A program made the position numbers and the translations under genes. A stretch of 64,000 nt of DNA from Escherichia phage PBM-2, in the sequence record PV029541; one strand, 5' to 3'. Positions 18,031 through 27,669 of the stretch are shown here, in pieces; positions within the stretch are counted from its first letter, which is position 1; each line of letters starts with the position of its first letter. Under the pieces are notes generated by a model. That model saw only the letters and a program-made list of their open reading frames with translations. It was not told the DNA's origin and did no database searches.

Positions 18031-20091
18031 ATGAAAATCGAACTGATTTCTATCATCGCACTGGCAGTTGACAGTCGAAACTTAACATTGTGGAAGCCTG
18101 ATGGCTCCACAATTGTATATCCACAGAGCGACCCACGGGTTGCTCGTATCGTATCTGAAGCACAAACCAAAGGCTTGGGAATTACCAAAGACCTGATAGA
18201 AGTAAACATTGCACCAGAAGTATCACTGCGTAATGAGTATCTGGAAGCAGAGAAGAACACTAATGGATTCGTCCGTTTCTTCAAGGTAGCTAAAGCTAAA
18301 CTCAAAGAGTTCTTCCAGGATGGTACAGATGTTCAACCTACCCAAGCCGTTTCTGATATTAAGCTAGGCAATCCCACCAAGACATTAGTATCTAAAGCTA
18401 TGGATACATTCCTGGCTGTACAAGCTAATGAACCAGAAGTAACAGTATCAGATGGTTGCTACGACAGACGTGACAATCTGATGTGGATTACTGGCTGGGA
18501 TAAGGACTATAACTATCCTGCACTGGTTCGTTTTATTAACGACGTAATGGGTTGGGGGTATGAACAAACCAACACCATGCTCAGACAGGAATGGCCTGTT
18601 GCAGTTCGTGCAGTATCCGATGATGAAATGGGTGAGTTTGCTAAACAAGCCAAGCACATCAAAGGTGTACATATTGTATTTACCAGCCGTAAACATACCC
18701 CACCACCTTACATTGAAGTAGCTAAAACTACGAACCAGGATAAGCTGGCTGCTGCATCCGAGAAATTAGCTGCATTAGGTGCTATTAGTACTGATAACGC
18801 TAACTTTCACACTGATGTGAAGGAAGATGAAGTGGTTGTTGCTGTTACCAACGATGGGGTTATCCCTGGAGTTGAGAACCTGCAACGTCACTTACGTCAG
18901 TCTGCCAAGTTGAAAGACTACAAGGGCTTCACTAAGTTCCTTGAGCGTCTGGCTCCGGTTATTAAAGACCGTCTGCACTCAGTAGAAGACCTGATGAAGT
19001 TCATGGAAACTGCTGAATTGCCTATCGCTGATGATGGTTCAATCCTGTTCCTTAAACGCCTTCAGTATAAAGGGAAAGAAGATGGTAAACGTGTATTCGT
19101 TGACTGTCACTCAGGTAACATCAAACAGTGGGTAGGCTGTAAAGTGCAGGTACGGGAAGACCTGGTAGATCCTGACCGTCGTCAGGACTGTTCTAACGGT
19201 CTGCATGTAGCATCCATGAGCTATATTCGTAGCTTCGGTGGTAACGTAACTATCCTTGGTAAAGTAGCACCAGAAGATGTATTTGCTGTTCCTCAGTACA
19301 GCACTAATAAGATGCGTGTATCTGCGTATCACATTATTGCTGAACTGCCGGAAGAGGAACGTAATAACGTTAACAGTGGTATCTATTTGTCTAAAACTGA
19401 AGTAGGTAAGAAACTACTTAATGATGCCATCGTTGGGAACCATAGTTCACCTACCACACTTATTATGGTTGGTGGACATCGTGGTACTAACCTCAAATAC
19501 ACCAATCTCACATCTGGTTCTGTAGAACAATTCCGTACAGTTGCTAGCAAAGAAGCACTGGACATGGAAGAGTCACTGAATGAAGCTGTAGCTGCTGAAC
19601 CAGTGAAGGCTACTGACCTTAAACCCGTTATTAAGAAGGCTCCTACTGTGAAAGAACAAATCCAGGAACTGGTTAAAGAGTTCCTTAATGCAACAACACC
19701 AGAAGATAAGTTAGCTGCTGCTGACCTTCTGGTAGAACTGCGTTCCAAAGCTCGTAAGCCTTGGGCTGCATTTGATGTAGGTAGTGACGTGGTAGCTAAG
19801 ATTGCTGATGTACGTGCTACCTATACAATTAAGCCTATTGGTAAACCTAAAGCTGTTAAGCAGGATAAGACAGTTAAACCTACACGTTCTGCTGCTGCTT
19901 CTAAAGTAGCTCCTTCTGGTAAACACGTTGATAATCTGCGTAGCATCCTGAACGATACGTCATATTCTGACTATCAGAAAGGCCATGCTCTGCAAGACTA
20001 TAAACGTCATGCTAAGAAGTCATTCACTGCAATGGGTCTGACTGAAGAAGAAGCTAAATTAGCTACCAAGCTGGTTAAAGCAGTTAAGTAA
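18031..20091 (+). CDS. rIIB: putative rIIB-like protein
   Basis: 686-aa ORF immediately downstream of rIIA; assignment by synteny only. Confidence 0.4.
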   Translation: MKIELISIIALAVDSRNLTLWKPDGSTIVYPQSDPRVARIVSEAQTKGLGITKDLIEVNIAPEVSLRNEYLEAEKNTNGFVRFFKVAKAKLKEFFQDGTDVQPTQAVSDIKLGNPTKTLVSKAMDTFLAVQANEPEVTVSDGCYDRRDNLMWITGWDKDYNYPALVRFINDVMGWGYEQTNTMLRQEWPVAVRAVSDDEMGEFAKQAKHIKGVHIVFTSRKHTPPPYIEVAKTTNQDKLAAASEKLAALGAISTDNANFHTDVKEDEVVVAVTNDGVIPGVENLQRHLRQSAKLKDYKGFTKFLERLAPVIKDRLHSVEDLMKFMETAELPIADDGSILFLKRLQYKGKEDGKRVFVDCHSGNIKQWVGCKVQVREDLVDPDRRQDCSNGLHVASMSYIRSFGGNVTILGKVAPEDVFAVPQYSTNKMRVSAYHIIAELPEEERNNVNSGIYLSKTEVGKKLLNDAIVGNHSSPTTLIMVGGHRGTNLKYTNLTSGSVEQFRTVASKEALDMEESLNEAVAAEPVKATDLKPVIKKAPTVKEQIQELVKEFLNATTPEDKLAAADLLVELRSKARKPWAAFDVGSDVVAKIADVRATYTIKPIGKPKAVKQDKTVKPTRSAAASKVAPSGKHVDNLRSILNDTSYSDYQKGHALQDYKRHAKKSFTAMGLTEEEAKLATKLVKAVK

Positions 20092-20153
20092 TAGCCTGTT
20101 CAAATGCCCTCACTTGTAATAAAGTGAGGGTAAATTTGAAGAGGAATTGTACT

Positions 20154-20549
20154 ATGAGTAAAGTATTCAGAAGTAATCGCAAAGCAACTGATGAAGACAT
20201 CATTCGTATGAATGCTGTTGGGCTATCCCTCGCAACTATCGCTAAGACGTTGGGGGTTCACCCCACTACGGTTACTTTGCGATTGCGTTCTTTAAACATT
20301 GAACCAGCCGACACACGTCGGACGTTCATGGAAAACGTATTACGTCCTTTACCAACCCATGTGGCTGATTGGCTATCAGAACAAGTTGGTCCTGCTTATG
20401 AAATTCGTTCATATGTAAGGGACTTGATTCTGGAGGCATATAATAATCGCCACCTTAACCAAGAGAGTGAGCATGACAAGTTCATCCGTTTGTACGCTGG
20501 CAAATACGGAAGCCTGGTTCCGGAAAGCAGTACCAAATCCGACGAGTAA
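20154..20549 (+). CDS. helix-turn-helix DNA-binding protein
   Basis: Track ORF 20124 (GTG); ATG at 20154 with GAAGAGG RBS; HTH-like GLSLATIAKTLGVHPTTVTLRL. Confidence 0.45.
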   Translation: MSKVFRSNRKATDEDIIRMNAVGLSLATIAKTLGVHPTTVTLRLRSLNIEPADTRRTFMENVLRPLPTHVADWLSEQVGPAYEIRSYVRDLILEAYNNRHLNQESEHDKFIRLYAGKYGSLVPESSTKSDE

Positions 20550-20934
20550 GAATATTAGTACCCAGATTGGTTGTCATCTGGAAGAAGTAGTAGAGATGCT
20601 AGACGAGTTATACGCTAACTCAGAAGATGCTTACGATATTCTTCACAATGCCATTGCAGCATTAACCGAATTGTCTGATTTAATGAAAAAAGATGACAAA
20701 GAGGTATATGCACCGAACAGCCATCGTTTAGCTATCCTTGATAGTCTTGCTGACCAGATTGTTACAGCAACCGGCGTCGGTACTTTCCTTGGGATGAATG
20801 TCCCTGGAGCATTGAATGAAGTCAATCGCTCTAACTATTCTAAGTTTGAAGATGGGGAACCTGTCTTCAATGAGAATAAGAAAGTTATGAAAGGGAAAGA
20901 CTACACTCCCCCGGATTTAACCCCATACATCTAA
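20467..20934 (+). CDS. putative MazG-like nucleotide pyrophosphohydrolase (start uncertain)
   Basis: HLEEVVEMLDELY resembles the MazG EExxE metal-binding helix; 5' end overlaps upstream gene by 83 nt in another frame, first ATG after upstream stop is at 20596. Confidence 0.35.
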   Translation: MSMTSSSVCTLANTEAWFRKAVPNPTSKNISTQIGCHLEEVVEMLDELYANSEDAYDILHNAIAALTELSDLMKKDDKEVYAPNSHRLAILDSLADQIVTATGVGTFLGMNVPGALNEVNRSNYSKFEDGEPVFNENKKVMKGKDYTPPDLTPYI

Positions 20935-20955
20935 CCCTCTACAGAGGGTTTTTTA
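20933..20955 (+). terminator. rho-independent terminator (approx. coords)
   Basis: aaccctct/agagggtt stem followed by ttttt. Confidence 0.55.
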
Positions 20956-20967
20956 CTGGAGATTTAA

Positions 20968-22278
20968 ATGTTTTCCAAACCTACCAAAGCCCCACTGAAC
21001 CAGGGGCAAGAAGCGGTTGCGAAGGAGTTCTTCGACTTCCTGCTCGACCCTAATGCTACCGAATTCAATATTAGTGGCCCAGGGGGAACTGGTAAGACAT
21101 TCCTGATGTCGCACCTCATTGATGACACTATGCCTGCATACATGGAAACTTGTTCTCTCATGGGAACCAAGCCCCTGTATAACGAAGTCGTCATGACTGC
21201 GACCACGAACAAAGCTGCTGAAGTTCTGGCTCAAGCTACAGGACGTCCAACATCTACCTATCACTCCTTCCAGGGTCTGATTGTTAAGAATGATTTTAAG
21301 ACTGGCGAGGCTAATGTCGTACCATCTAAATCATTCAATATTAAGAAGAACAAAATCATCTTCGTAGACGAAGCATCCATGATTGACCGTCAGTTACTTA
21401 AGTATGCTCGTGAAGGTACTCACCAGTGCAAACTGGTATTTGTAGGTGATGCTTCTCAGCTTTTGCCTGTTAAAGAGAATAAGTCTCCGGTATACGCAGG
21501 TAATATCCCAACACACTATCTGACTGAACAGATGCGTACTGATGCACCGGAACTTAAAGCATTGCACCAGCAATTGCGTGATACGGTGGAAGGTAAGACA
21601 GGCTTCCTGCCAATTAAATGTATCCCAGGTATCATTGACTGGGTACAGGAGGAAGAGATGGAGAAATTGGTTCTCAGTCACTTCACTCAACCTACCAACA
21701 GCCGTATTGTTGCTTACACAAATGACCAGGTTATTAATTACAATAACTACATTCGTGAAGCTAACGGTTATGTGGGTGAATACTCCATCGGTGAACAGTT
21801 AGTTTCTAACTCTGCTGTTCGCTTGGGTGTGGATAATCGTTTATCTATTGAACAGGACGTAAAACTCATTGACCAGGATAGTAGTACTCGCATGATTAAG
21901 GTTACAGGTGACCTGGAACTGGAAGTTCGTGATAGTACTCTTGACCTAGGCTATGGTGGCATTGTAAGTGAAGTTCCAGTACCTACTGACCCAGACTACT
22001 TCAACCGTTTGGTTAAGTGGTTAGGTAAGGAGAAGAACTGGGAACCTTACTTCCGTCTTAAAGAAACCATTCCAGACCTGCGTGCTACTCATGCATGTAC
22101 TGTCCATAAATCACAAGGCTCTACTTACGACACAATCTTCATTGATGCAAATGACCTCTCAAGCTGTCGCCAACCAGATATGGTTGCCCGTCTGCTTTAC
22201 GTCGCTGTGTCTCGTGCCCGTAAGCGAGTAGTGTTCTATGGCAATCTTGCCAGTAAGTACGGTGGTCTAACTTTCTAA
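20968..22278 (+). CDS. SF1 DNA helicase, Dda/RecD-like
   Basis: Walker A GPGGTGKTF, Walker B IIFVDEASM, C-terminal VHKSQGSTYD motif typical of Dda/RecD-type helicases. Confidence 0.75.
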   Translation: MFSKPTKAPLNQGQEAVAKEFFDFLLDPNATEFNISGPGGTGKTFLMSHLIDDTMPAYMETCSLMGTKPLYNEVVMTATTNKAAEVLAQATGRPTSTYHSFQGLIVKNDFKTGEANVVPSKSFNIKKNKIIFVDEASMIDRQLLKYAREGTHQCKLVFVGDASQLLPVKENKSPVYAGNIPTHYLTEQMRTDAPELKALHQQLRDTVEGKTGFLPIKCIPGIIDWVQEEEMEKLVLSHFTQPTNSRIVAYTNDQVINYNNYIREANGYVGEYSIGEQLVSNSAVRLGVDNRLSIEQDVKLIDQDSSTRMIKVTGDLELEVRDSTLDLGYGGIVSEVPVPTDPDYFNRLVKWLGKEKNWEPYFRLKETIPDLRATHACTVHKSQGSTYDTIFIDANDLSSCRQPDMVARLLYVAVSRARKRVVFYGNLASKYGGLTF

Positions 22279-22288
22279 GGGAGGATAT

Positions 22289-22819
22289 ATGCCTCAGATT
22301 GGTTCAGCGACTATTGGTCAGGTTGCCAATAGTAGCGAGATGGTCAAGCATCTGTTCTTAGCAGAACTGGTTCGTCTTGATGGTGTGTTAAACAGTATTA
22401 TTGATAAGAATGACCGTATTAACGGTGTAGATGTATCGGCTGGATTCCTTCACCAGGGAGAGTTCTATCAGCGTTCTAATGCTACCAGACCTCCCACCTA
22501 CGGTGAGCGATTAACGCTTAATCCAGAACTATGGCCTTCAATGGACAAGTATCTGAAAGCCTCCAGTCGTTTGATTATGGAAGTACACCTTGTGAACCAG
22601 ACTGTATATCGTCTGGTTCGCGGTTGTATGTCCTATCAGGATGTACGTGATGCTCTGCCTGAGTGTCTGGTAGCACAAGACCAGACGGGTCAGTACAAAG
22701 GTCTGCCTCGTAATCGTGAAGCAGCCTGGACACTTGCTGGTGATGCTATGGCAATCAAGCAGTATGAGAAGATTCTGCCCTCTATTGAGTATTATGCAGC
22801 TTCCCATCTGATTTTCTAA
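22289..22819 (+). CDS. hypothetical protein (176 aa)
   Basis: ORF track; GGAGG RBS; lies between helicase and DNA polymerase. Confidence 0.4.
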   Translation: MPQIGSATIGQVANSSEMVKHLFLAELVRLDGVLNSIIDKNDRINGVDVSAGFLHQGEFYQRSNATRPPTYGERLTLNPELWPSMDKYLKASSRLIMEVHLVNQTVYRLVRGCMSYQDVRDALPECLVAQDQTGQYKGLPRNREAAWTLAGDAMAIKQYEKILPSIEYYAASHLIF

Positions 22820-22828
22820 GGTAAAGCT

Positions 22829-25408
22829 ATGCGTTACATCACCTCTCAAGATACTGGTAAGTATCCTATTGCTATCCTCGGTCATCAAATCCGAAGGGAG
22901 GAGATGATTAAAACCTACCTGCTGCCTTATGACCTAAGCATGGAAGACTTCATCTTCATTGAACTTCATTCTGCTCCAGGCAAGAAGAAGACTCCTGCAA
23001 GGGAGATTAAGGAGTTCATACAGCAGGAACTGCAACAAGTACTGGATGATGCGGAAACTCAATACATTATCTGTACCGATTCTGACTACTTTAAAATACT
23101 GACTAAGGAAGCTAAAGCAGAGGCTAACCTCGGCTATGTTTGTGATTCAGTATGGGGTAAGCAGAAGGTTATCTATACGCCTAGTTACAGACAGGTATTT
23201 TATGACCCACCTGTAGTGAAATCCAAGATTGCTCAGGGTATGGATGCATTACTCAACCATATACGTGGGCAGTATGCTGAACCAGGTCAGGGAATCATTG
23301 AGTTTGAAGCCTATCCAGATACTCCTGAGAAGATTAAAGCCTGGTTAGACCAGTTGCTTGAGATGAATAAGCCTTTGGCTATAGACATCGAAGCATTCGG
23401 TTTAAAGCACTATAACGCCGGTATAGGAACAATTACATTCTGTTGGAGTAAGACACAGGGCATAGCCTTTAATGTGGACTACGAGCCAATTGAGGGGGCT
23501 ACTGAAGCACCTTATGGACGTATCAACAGAAATGATATTGTTCGAAATCTTCTGCGCGAGTTCTTCATTAAGTACACCCAACGGCAGATGTATCACAACA
23601 TTAGCTATGACGTGTATGTGCTTATCTATCAGCTGTTCATGGGTAACCTGATTGATACAGAAGGACTACTGCATGGCATGGACATCATGCTGCGTAACTG
23701 GGACTGTACTAAATTAATTACTTACCTGGCTACTAACAGTTGTGCTGGCAATCATCTTAGCCTAAAAGAGCAGGCTCAGGAGTATGCTGGTAACTATGCT
23801 CAGGATGATATTAAAGACATTCGCCTTATTCCTAATGAGCAGCTGTTACGCTACAACCTCATAGATGGCTTGTGTACTTGGTACACCTATGAGAAGCACT
23901 GGGATACTCTCATTGCTGATGACCAATTAGATGTTTACAACAACATCTTTAAGCCAGCTTGCGAAGACATCATTCAGATGCAGTTAACCGGTATGCCCAT
24001 GAATATGGAAACCGTTAACCAGGTAGCTGAAGAAATGGAAACTGACAGGAACCAGGCACTGAAAACTATTCGTGAGTCTAACCTCATGAAGAACTTTACC
24101 CTGATGCTTCGTCAGGAATGGGTAGACGATAAGAATGCTAAGTTGAAAAAGAAACAGGTAACACTGGCTGATTGTGACATCGAGTTTAATCCTAACTCTG
24201 GTCCACAACTACAGAAGTTGTTATTTGATTATATCGGCTTACCGGTTCTTGGTCTTACTAAGAGCAAGCAACCTGCTACTGACGGTGACACTATTAAAGC
24301 ACTGCGTACACATACGCAGAGTGAAGATGTTAAGGAACTGCTCAATGCACTTATCGACTATAAGCTCGTGGATAAGATTATCACTAGCTTTATACCAGCT
24401 TTCAGGAATGCCCAACCGGGACCAGATGGCTGGCACTACCTGTTCGGTAACCTCAATCTGGGAGGCACAGTCTCCGGTAGGTTATCGGCTTCAGAGCCAA
24501 ATCTACAAACAATTCCATCCGGCTCTAAATATGCCAAGAAGATTAAGAAATGCTTCGAAGCTCCTCCAGGCTGGATATTTTGCGGCTTGGATTTCGCCTC
24601 GCTGGAAGACAGAATCTCTGCACTGACGACTAAAGACCCACAGAAGCTTAAGGTATATACCGATGGTTATGACGGTCATAGTCTTCGCGCATATGCTTAT
24701 TTTGGTGAGCAGATGCCAGACATTGAAGACACAGTAGAATCCATTAACTCCATTCAGCATAAGTACAAATCATTGCGTAGTGACTCGAAGGCTCCAACCT
24801 TCTTACTTACCTATGGTGGTACTTATATGGGCTTAATGAAAAACTGTGGCTTCTCCGAAGAGAAGGCTAAGACTACAGAGAAACGTTATCACGATCTCTA
24901 TGTAGTTAGTGATATGTGGGTTCAGGCTAAGCTAGATGAAGCTGCTAAGACTGGTTATGTAACTGCTGCATTTGGTTTGAGAGTGCGTACTCCTTTACTG
25001 GCTCAGGTATTACGTGGGACATGTAAGACTCCATATGAAGCAGAAGCAGAAGGCAGAACTGCTGGTAACGCATTAGGTCAAAGCTGGTGTCTACTGAATA
25101 ACCGTGCTGGCTCAGAGTTTATGCGTAAAGTCAGAACCAGTGAGTTCAGGTTAGATATACGCCCTTGTATTCACATTCATGATGCCCAATACTTCATGAT
25201 TCGCGATAACATGGACACCTTGCAGTATACGAACAAGCACTTGGTTGAAGCCGTTAACTGGCAGGATCATCCTGATATTGCTCATCCAGAAGTTGGTTTG
25301 GGTGGGGAACTATCCTTGTTTTACCCAACGTGGGCTAACGAGATTGAAATTCCAAATCACGCTACCCCAGAAGAAGTTCATCAAATAATTCAAAAGGCAT
25401 TCGCATGA
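22829..25408 (+). CDS. family A DNA polymerase with 3'-5' exonuclease domain
   Basis: GRLSASEPNLQTIP (Pol A motif A region), exo motif in LAIDIEAFG, 859 aa. Confidence 0.85.
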   Translation: MRYITSQDTGKYPIAILGHQIRREEMIKTYLLPYDLSMEDFIFIELHSAPGKKKTPAREIKEFIQQELQQVLDDAETQYIICTDSDYFKILTKEAKAEANLGYVCDSVWGKQKVIYTPSYRQVFYDPPVVKSKIAQGMDALLNHIRGQYAEPGQGIIEFEAYPDTPEKIKAWLDQLLEMNKPLAIDIEAFGLKHYNAGIGTITFCWSKTQGIAFNVDYEPIEGATEAPYGRINRNDIVRNLLREFFIKYTQRQMYHNISYDVYVLIYQLFMGNLIDTEGLLHGMDIMLRNWDCTKLITYLATNSCAGNHLSLKEQAQEYAGNYAQDDIKDIRLIPNEQLLRYNLIDGLCTWYTYEKHWDTLIADDQLDVYNNIFKPACEDIIQMQLTGMPMNMETVNQVAEEMETDRNQALKTIRESNLMKNFTLMLRQEWVDDKNAKLKKKQVTLADCDIEFNPNSGPQLQKLLFDYIGLPVLGLTKSKQPATDGDTIKALRTHTQSEDVKELLNALIDYKLVDKIITSFIPAFRNAQPGPDGWHYLFGNLNLGGTVSGRLSASEPNLQTIPSGSKYAKKIKKCFEAPPGWIFCGLDFASLEDRISALTTKDPQKLKVYTDGYDGHSLRAYAYFGEQMPDIEDTVESINSIQHKYKSLRSDSKAPTFLLTYGGTYMGLMKNCGFSEEKAKTTEKRYHDLYVVSDMWVQAKLDEAAKTGYVTAAFGLRVRTPLLAQVLRGTCKTPYEAEAEGRTAGNALGQSWCLLNNRAGSEFMRKVRTSEFRLDIRPCIHIHDAQYFMIRDNMDTLQYTNKHLVEAVNWQDHPDIAHPEVGLGGELSLFYPTWANEIEIPNHATPEEVHQIIQKAFA

Positions 25409-25710
25409 CCAAAAGTACTAAAGAAACTGTAGTCAAAAAGTATCATTGGATGGTGGCAGCACAGGTAATCTTCCAGCTTCCTAAAGCTGATGATGGCTCC
25501 CTGCTTACCATGAACACAATGCTGCTCACTGACGAACCTCATGTGACCTATAAAGATTTGGCTCGTGCCAATCACTCACTGAAGATTAGTCTGGACCAGC
25601 GTTTTGATACCTCGGTTGACTTGAAAGACATCGTTTATCTATCTATTAACAACCTGGGCCTGATGTCTGAACCAGAGTTCCAGGCAAACATGATTCCCAA
25701 GGGGGAATAA
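25405..25710 (+). CDS. hypothetical protein (101 aa)
   Basis: ORF track; 4-nt overlap with DNA polymerase stop. Confidence 0.35.
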   Translation: MTKSTKETVVKKYHWMVAAQVIFQLPKADDGSLLTMNTMLLTDEPHVTYKDLARANHSLKISLDQRFDTSVDLKDIVYLSINNLGLMSEPEFQANMIPKGE

Positions 25711-26177
25711 TGACTAAGCTCTCCGGTGGTCTTAATAACTACTATGTAGTTACAATTAAGAATCCCCAACGGAAAGAGCAAGAGCCATACCAAGCAGAGT
25801 GTGAGGATATTATCCAAGCACTAGGCATGACCTTCGATGAAGGTTGTGCCTTTAAAGCTCTATGGCGAAATGCTGCTGCCCGTATGGGTAATGGTAAACC
25901 TGGAAACACTTCAGTTTATGACTGTGAGAAATTGGTTCATTACGCTAATCGTATTCTTACTAAAGAGAAGTTAGTAGATGAATTACCTGCCACAGATATC
26001 ACTGCTACTGGGAGATGCTGGCATTACCCGGGGAATGGAAATCCTTATCTAACAGTGAACTTTCAGTTCATTGAGGTAGCGTACAAAGGTGAACTAGATA
26101 ACATAGTCAGCTATAGCTTCGATGAGGTAGAGAGTATTCGTTGGAACCAGGTGCATAGATACAGGATTACTTACTGA
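25710..26177 (+). CDS. hypothetical protein (155 aa)
   Basis: ORF track; start overlaps upstream stop. Confidence 0.35.
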   Translation: MTKLSGGLNNYYVVTIKNPQRKEQEPYQAECEDIIQALGMTFDEGCAFKALWRNAAARMGNGKPGNTSVYDCEKLVHYANRILTKEKLVDELPATDITATGRCWHYPGNGNPYLTVNFQFIEVAYKGELDNIVSYSFDEVESIRWNQVHRYRITY

Positions 26178-27157
26178 TGAAGATAACCAACAACCATGAT
26201 GTCTCGCTGGCCCTGGCTGTATGGCTATTACATGACGAGTATGATTATGTAGACAATCCTAAGTATCTGTCTGTAACCACACTGCTTAAGCCACTTAAGC
26301 AAATCGTCATGAAGCATCGTGTAGACCTCAGTGACCAGTCAATTGATGTTATGGATTTTGTCTCCACATCAATGGGTACTGGCTTACACGATTCTATTGA
26401 GAAAGCCTGGAAGTTAGGCCATAAGACTGCATTGAAAAAGTTGGGTTATCCTCAGCGAGTAATTGATGCAGTAGTCATTAACCCAACCAAAGCAGACTTT
26501 GATGCTAACCCTGACCTTATCCCAATCTACATTGAACAACGTGGAACCAGGGTAGTTAAGGGTTGGACTATCGGAGGTAAGTTCGACATCGTAACAGAAG
26601 GTCTATTGCAAGACTTTAAGTCTACCTCAACCTATTCCTGGGTTGCTGGTTCCCGTGATGATGAACACAAGATGCAAGGTAGCTTGTACCGTTGGATTCA
26701 CAACGACATCATTACCGAGGATGTAATCCGTATTAACTACATCTTCACTGACTTCATGAAACACATGGCTAATAGCAATCCGAACTATCCTGCTAATCGT
26801 ATTATGCATAAGGATATTCCGTTGTTATCTGTCGATAAGACTGAACGTTGGGTAGAAGAGAAGATACATCTCATCGAAAAGTACTGGGATGCTCCTGAAG
26901 AGGAAATTCCTGAATGTACTGACGAGGAGTTGTGGCGAACAGAGCCACAGTTCAAATACTTCTCTGATGCTTCTAAGGTAGATATGCCTGGAGCCAGAAG
27001 TACCAAAAACTTTGACGATATGGCATCTGCCCGTATCTTCATGGCTGAAAAAGGTGGCAAGGGTGCTATCAAGGTCGTGGAGGGGCAGGTTAAGCGTTGC
27101 TTATACTGCCCTGTCGCAACCATTTGCAAACAAAGAGAGAGATATTTTCCATCATGA
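26177..27157 (+). CDS. putative PD-(D/E)XK nuclease with C-terminal Cys cluster (Cas4/RecB-like exonuclease)
   Basis: GKFDIV...LLQDFKS (D...DxK-like) and C-terminal KRCLYCPVATICK (C-x2-C-x5-C) resemble Cas4/AddB-type nuclease domains; weak. Confidence 0.4.
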   Translation: MKITNNHDVSLALAVWLLHDEYDYVDNPKYLSVTTLLKPLKQIVMKHRVDLSDQSIDVMDFVSTSMGTGLHDSIEKAWKLGHKTALKKLGYPQRVIDAVVINPTKADFDANPDLIPIYIEQRGTRVVKGWTIGGKFDIVTEGLLQDFKSTSTYSWVAGSRDDEHKMQGSLYRWIHNDIITEDVIRINYIFTDFMKHMANSNPNYPANRIMHKDIPLLSVDKTERWVEEKIHLIEKYWDAPEEEIPECTDEELWRTEPQFKYFSDASKVDMPGARSTKNFDDMASARIFMAEKGGKGAIKVVEGQVKRCLYCPVATICKQRERYFPS

Positions 27158-27669
27158 TTAAGCTGACTCAGCAACGGCTAAAAGAGTTGCTGCATTATGA
27201 CCCACTTACTGGGATATTTACTCGCCGCATCTCCCTCAGTAACCGAACACCTGTCGGTAGTGTTGCTGGGTCGCTCAATAACAGTGACGGTTATCTCTAC
27301 ATAACAGTTGATGCCAAACGGGAAGCTGCCCATAGGTTAGCTTGGTTGTACGTGTACGGTATGTGGCCTACTGGTTTAATAGACCATAAAGACACCATAC
27401 GTCACCACAACTGGATAGACAATCTAAGGGAAGCGGATAAAAGCACCAATGGTGCTAACCGTGGACTGAATAAAAACAACACCAGTGGTTTTATGGGTGT
27501 TACTAAGTTCAGGGGTAACTACTTAGCCAAAATCAAAGTAAACCGTAAATCAATTCATTTAGGTGTATTCCTGGAAGCAATTGAAGCTGCCAAAGTATAC
27601 GACTTAGCTGCCGTAAAATACTTCGGAGAATATGCCGTCACTAATAAGAGCATAGGATTAATCAAATGA
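27154..27669 (+). CDS. HNH homing endonuclease with AP2 DNA-binding domain (free-standing)
   Basis: Track ORF 27097..27669; ATG at 27154 with GAGAGAG RBS; HNH region AHRLAWLYVYGMWPTGLIDHKDTIRHHNWIDNLR and AP2-like SGFMGVTKFRGNYLAKIKVNRKSIHLGVF; overlaps both flanking genes by 4 nt. Confidence 0.7.
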   Translation: MIKLTQQRLKELLHYDPLTGIFTRRISLSNRTPVGSVAGSLNNSDGYLYITVDAKREAAHRLAWLYVYGMWPTGLIDHKDTIRHHNWIDNLREADKSTNGANRGLNKNNTSGFMGVTKFRGNYLAKIKVNRKSIHLGVFLEAIEAAKVYDLAAVKYFGEYAVTNKSIGLIK

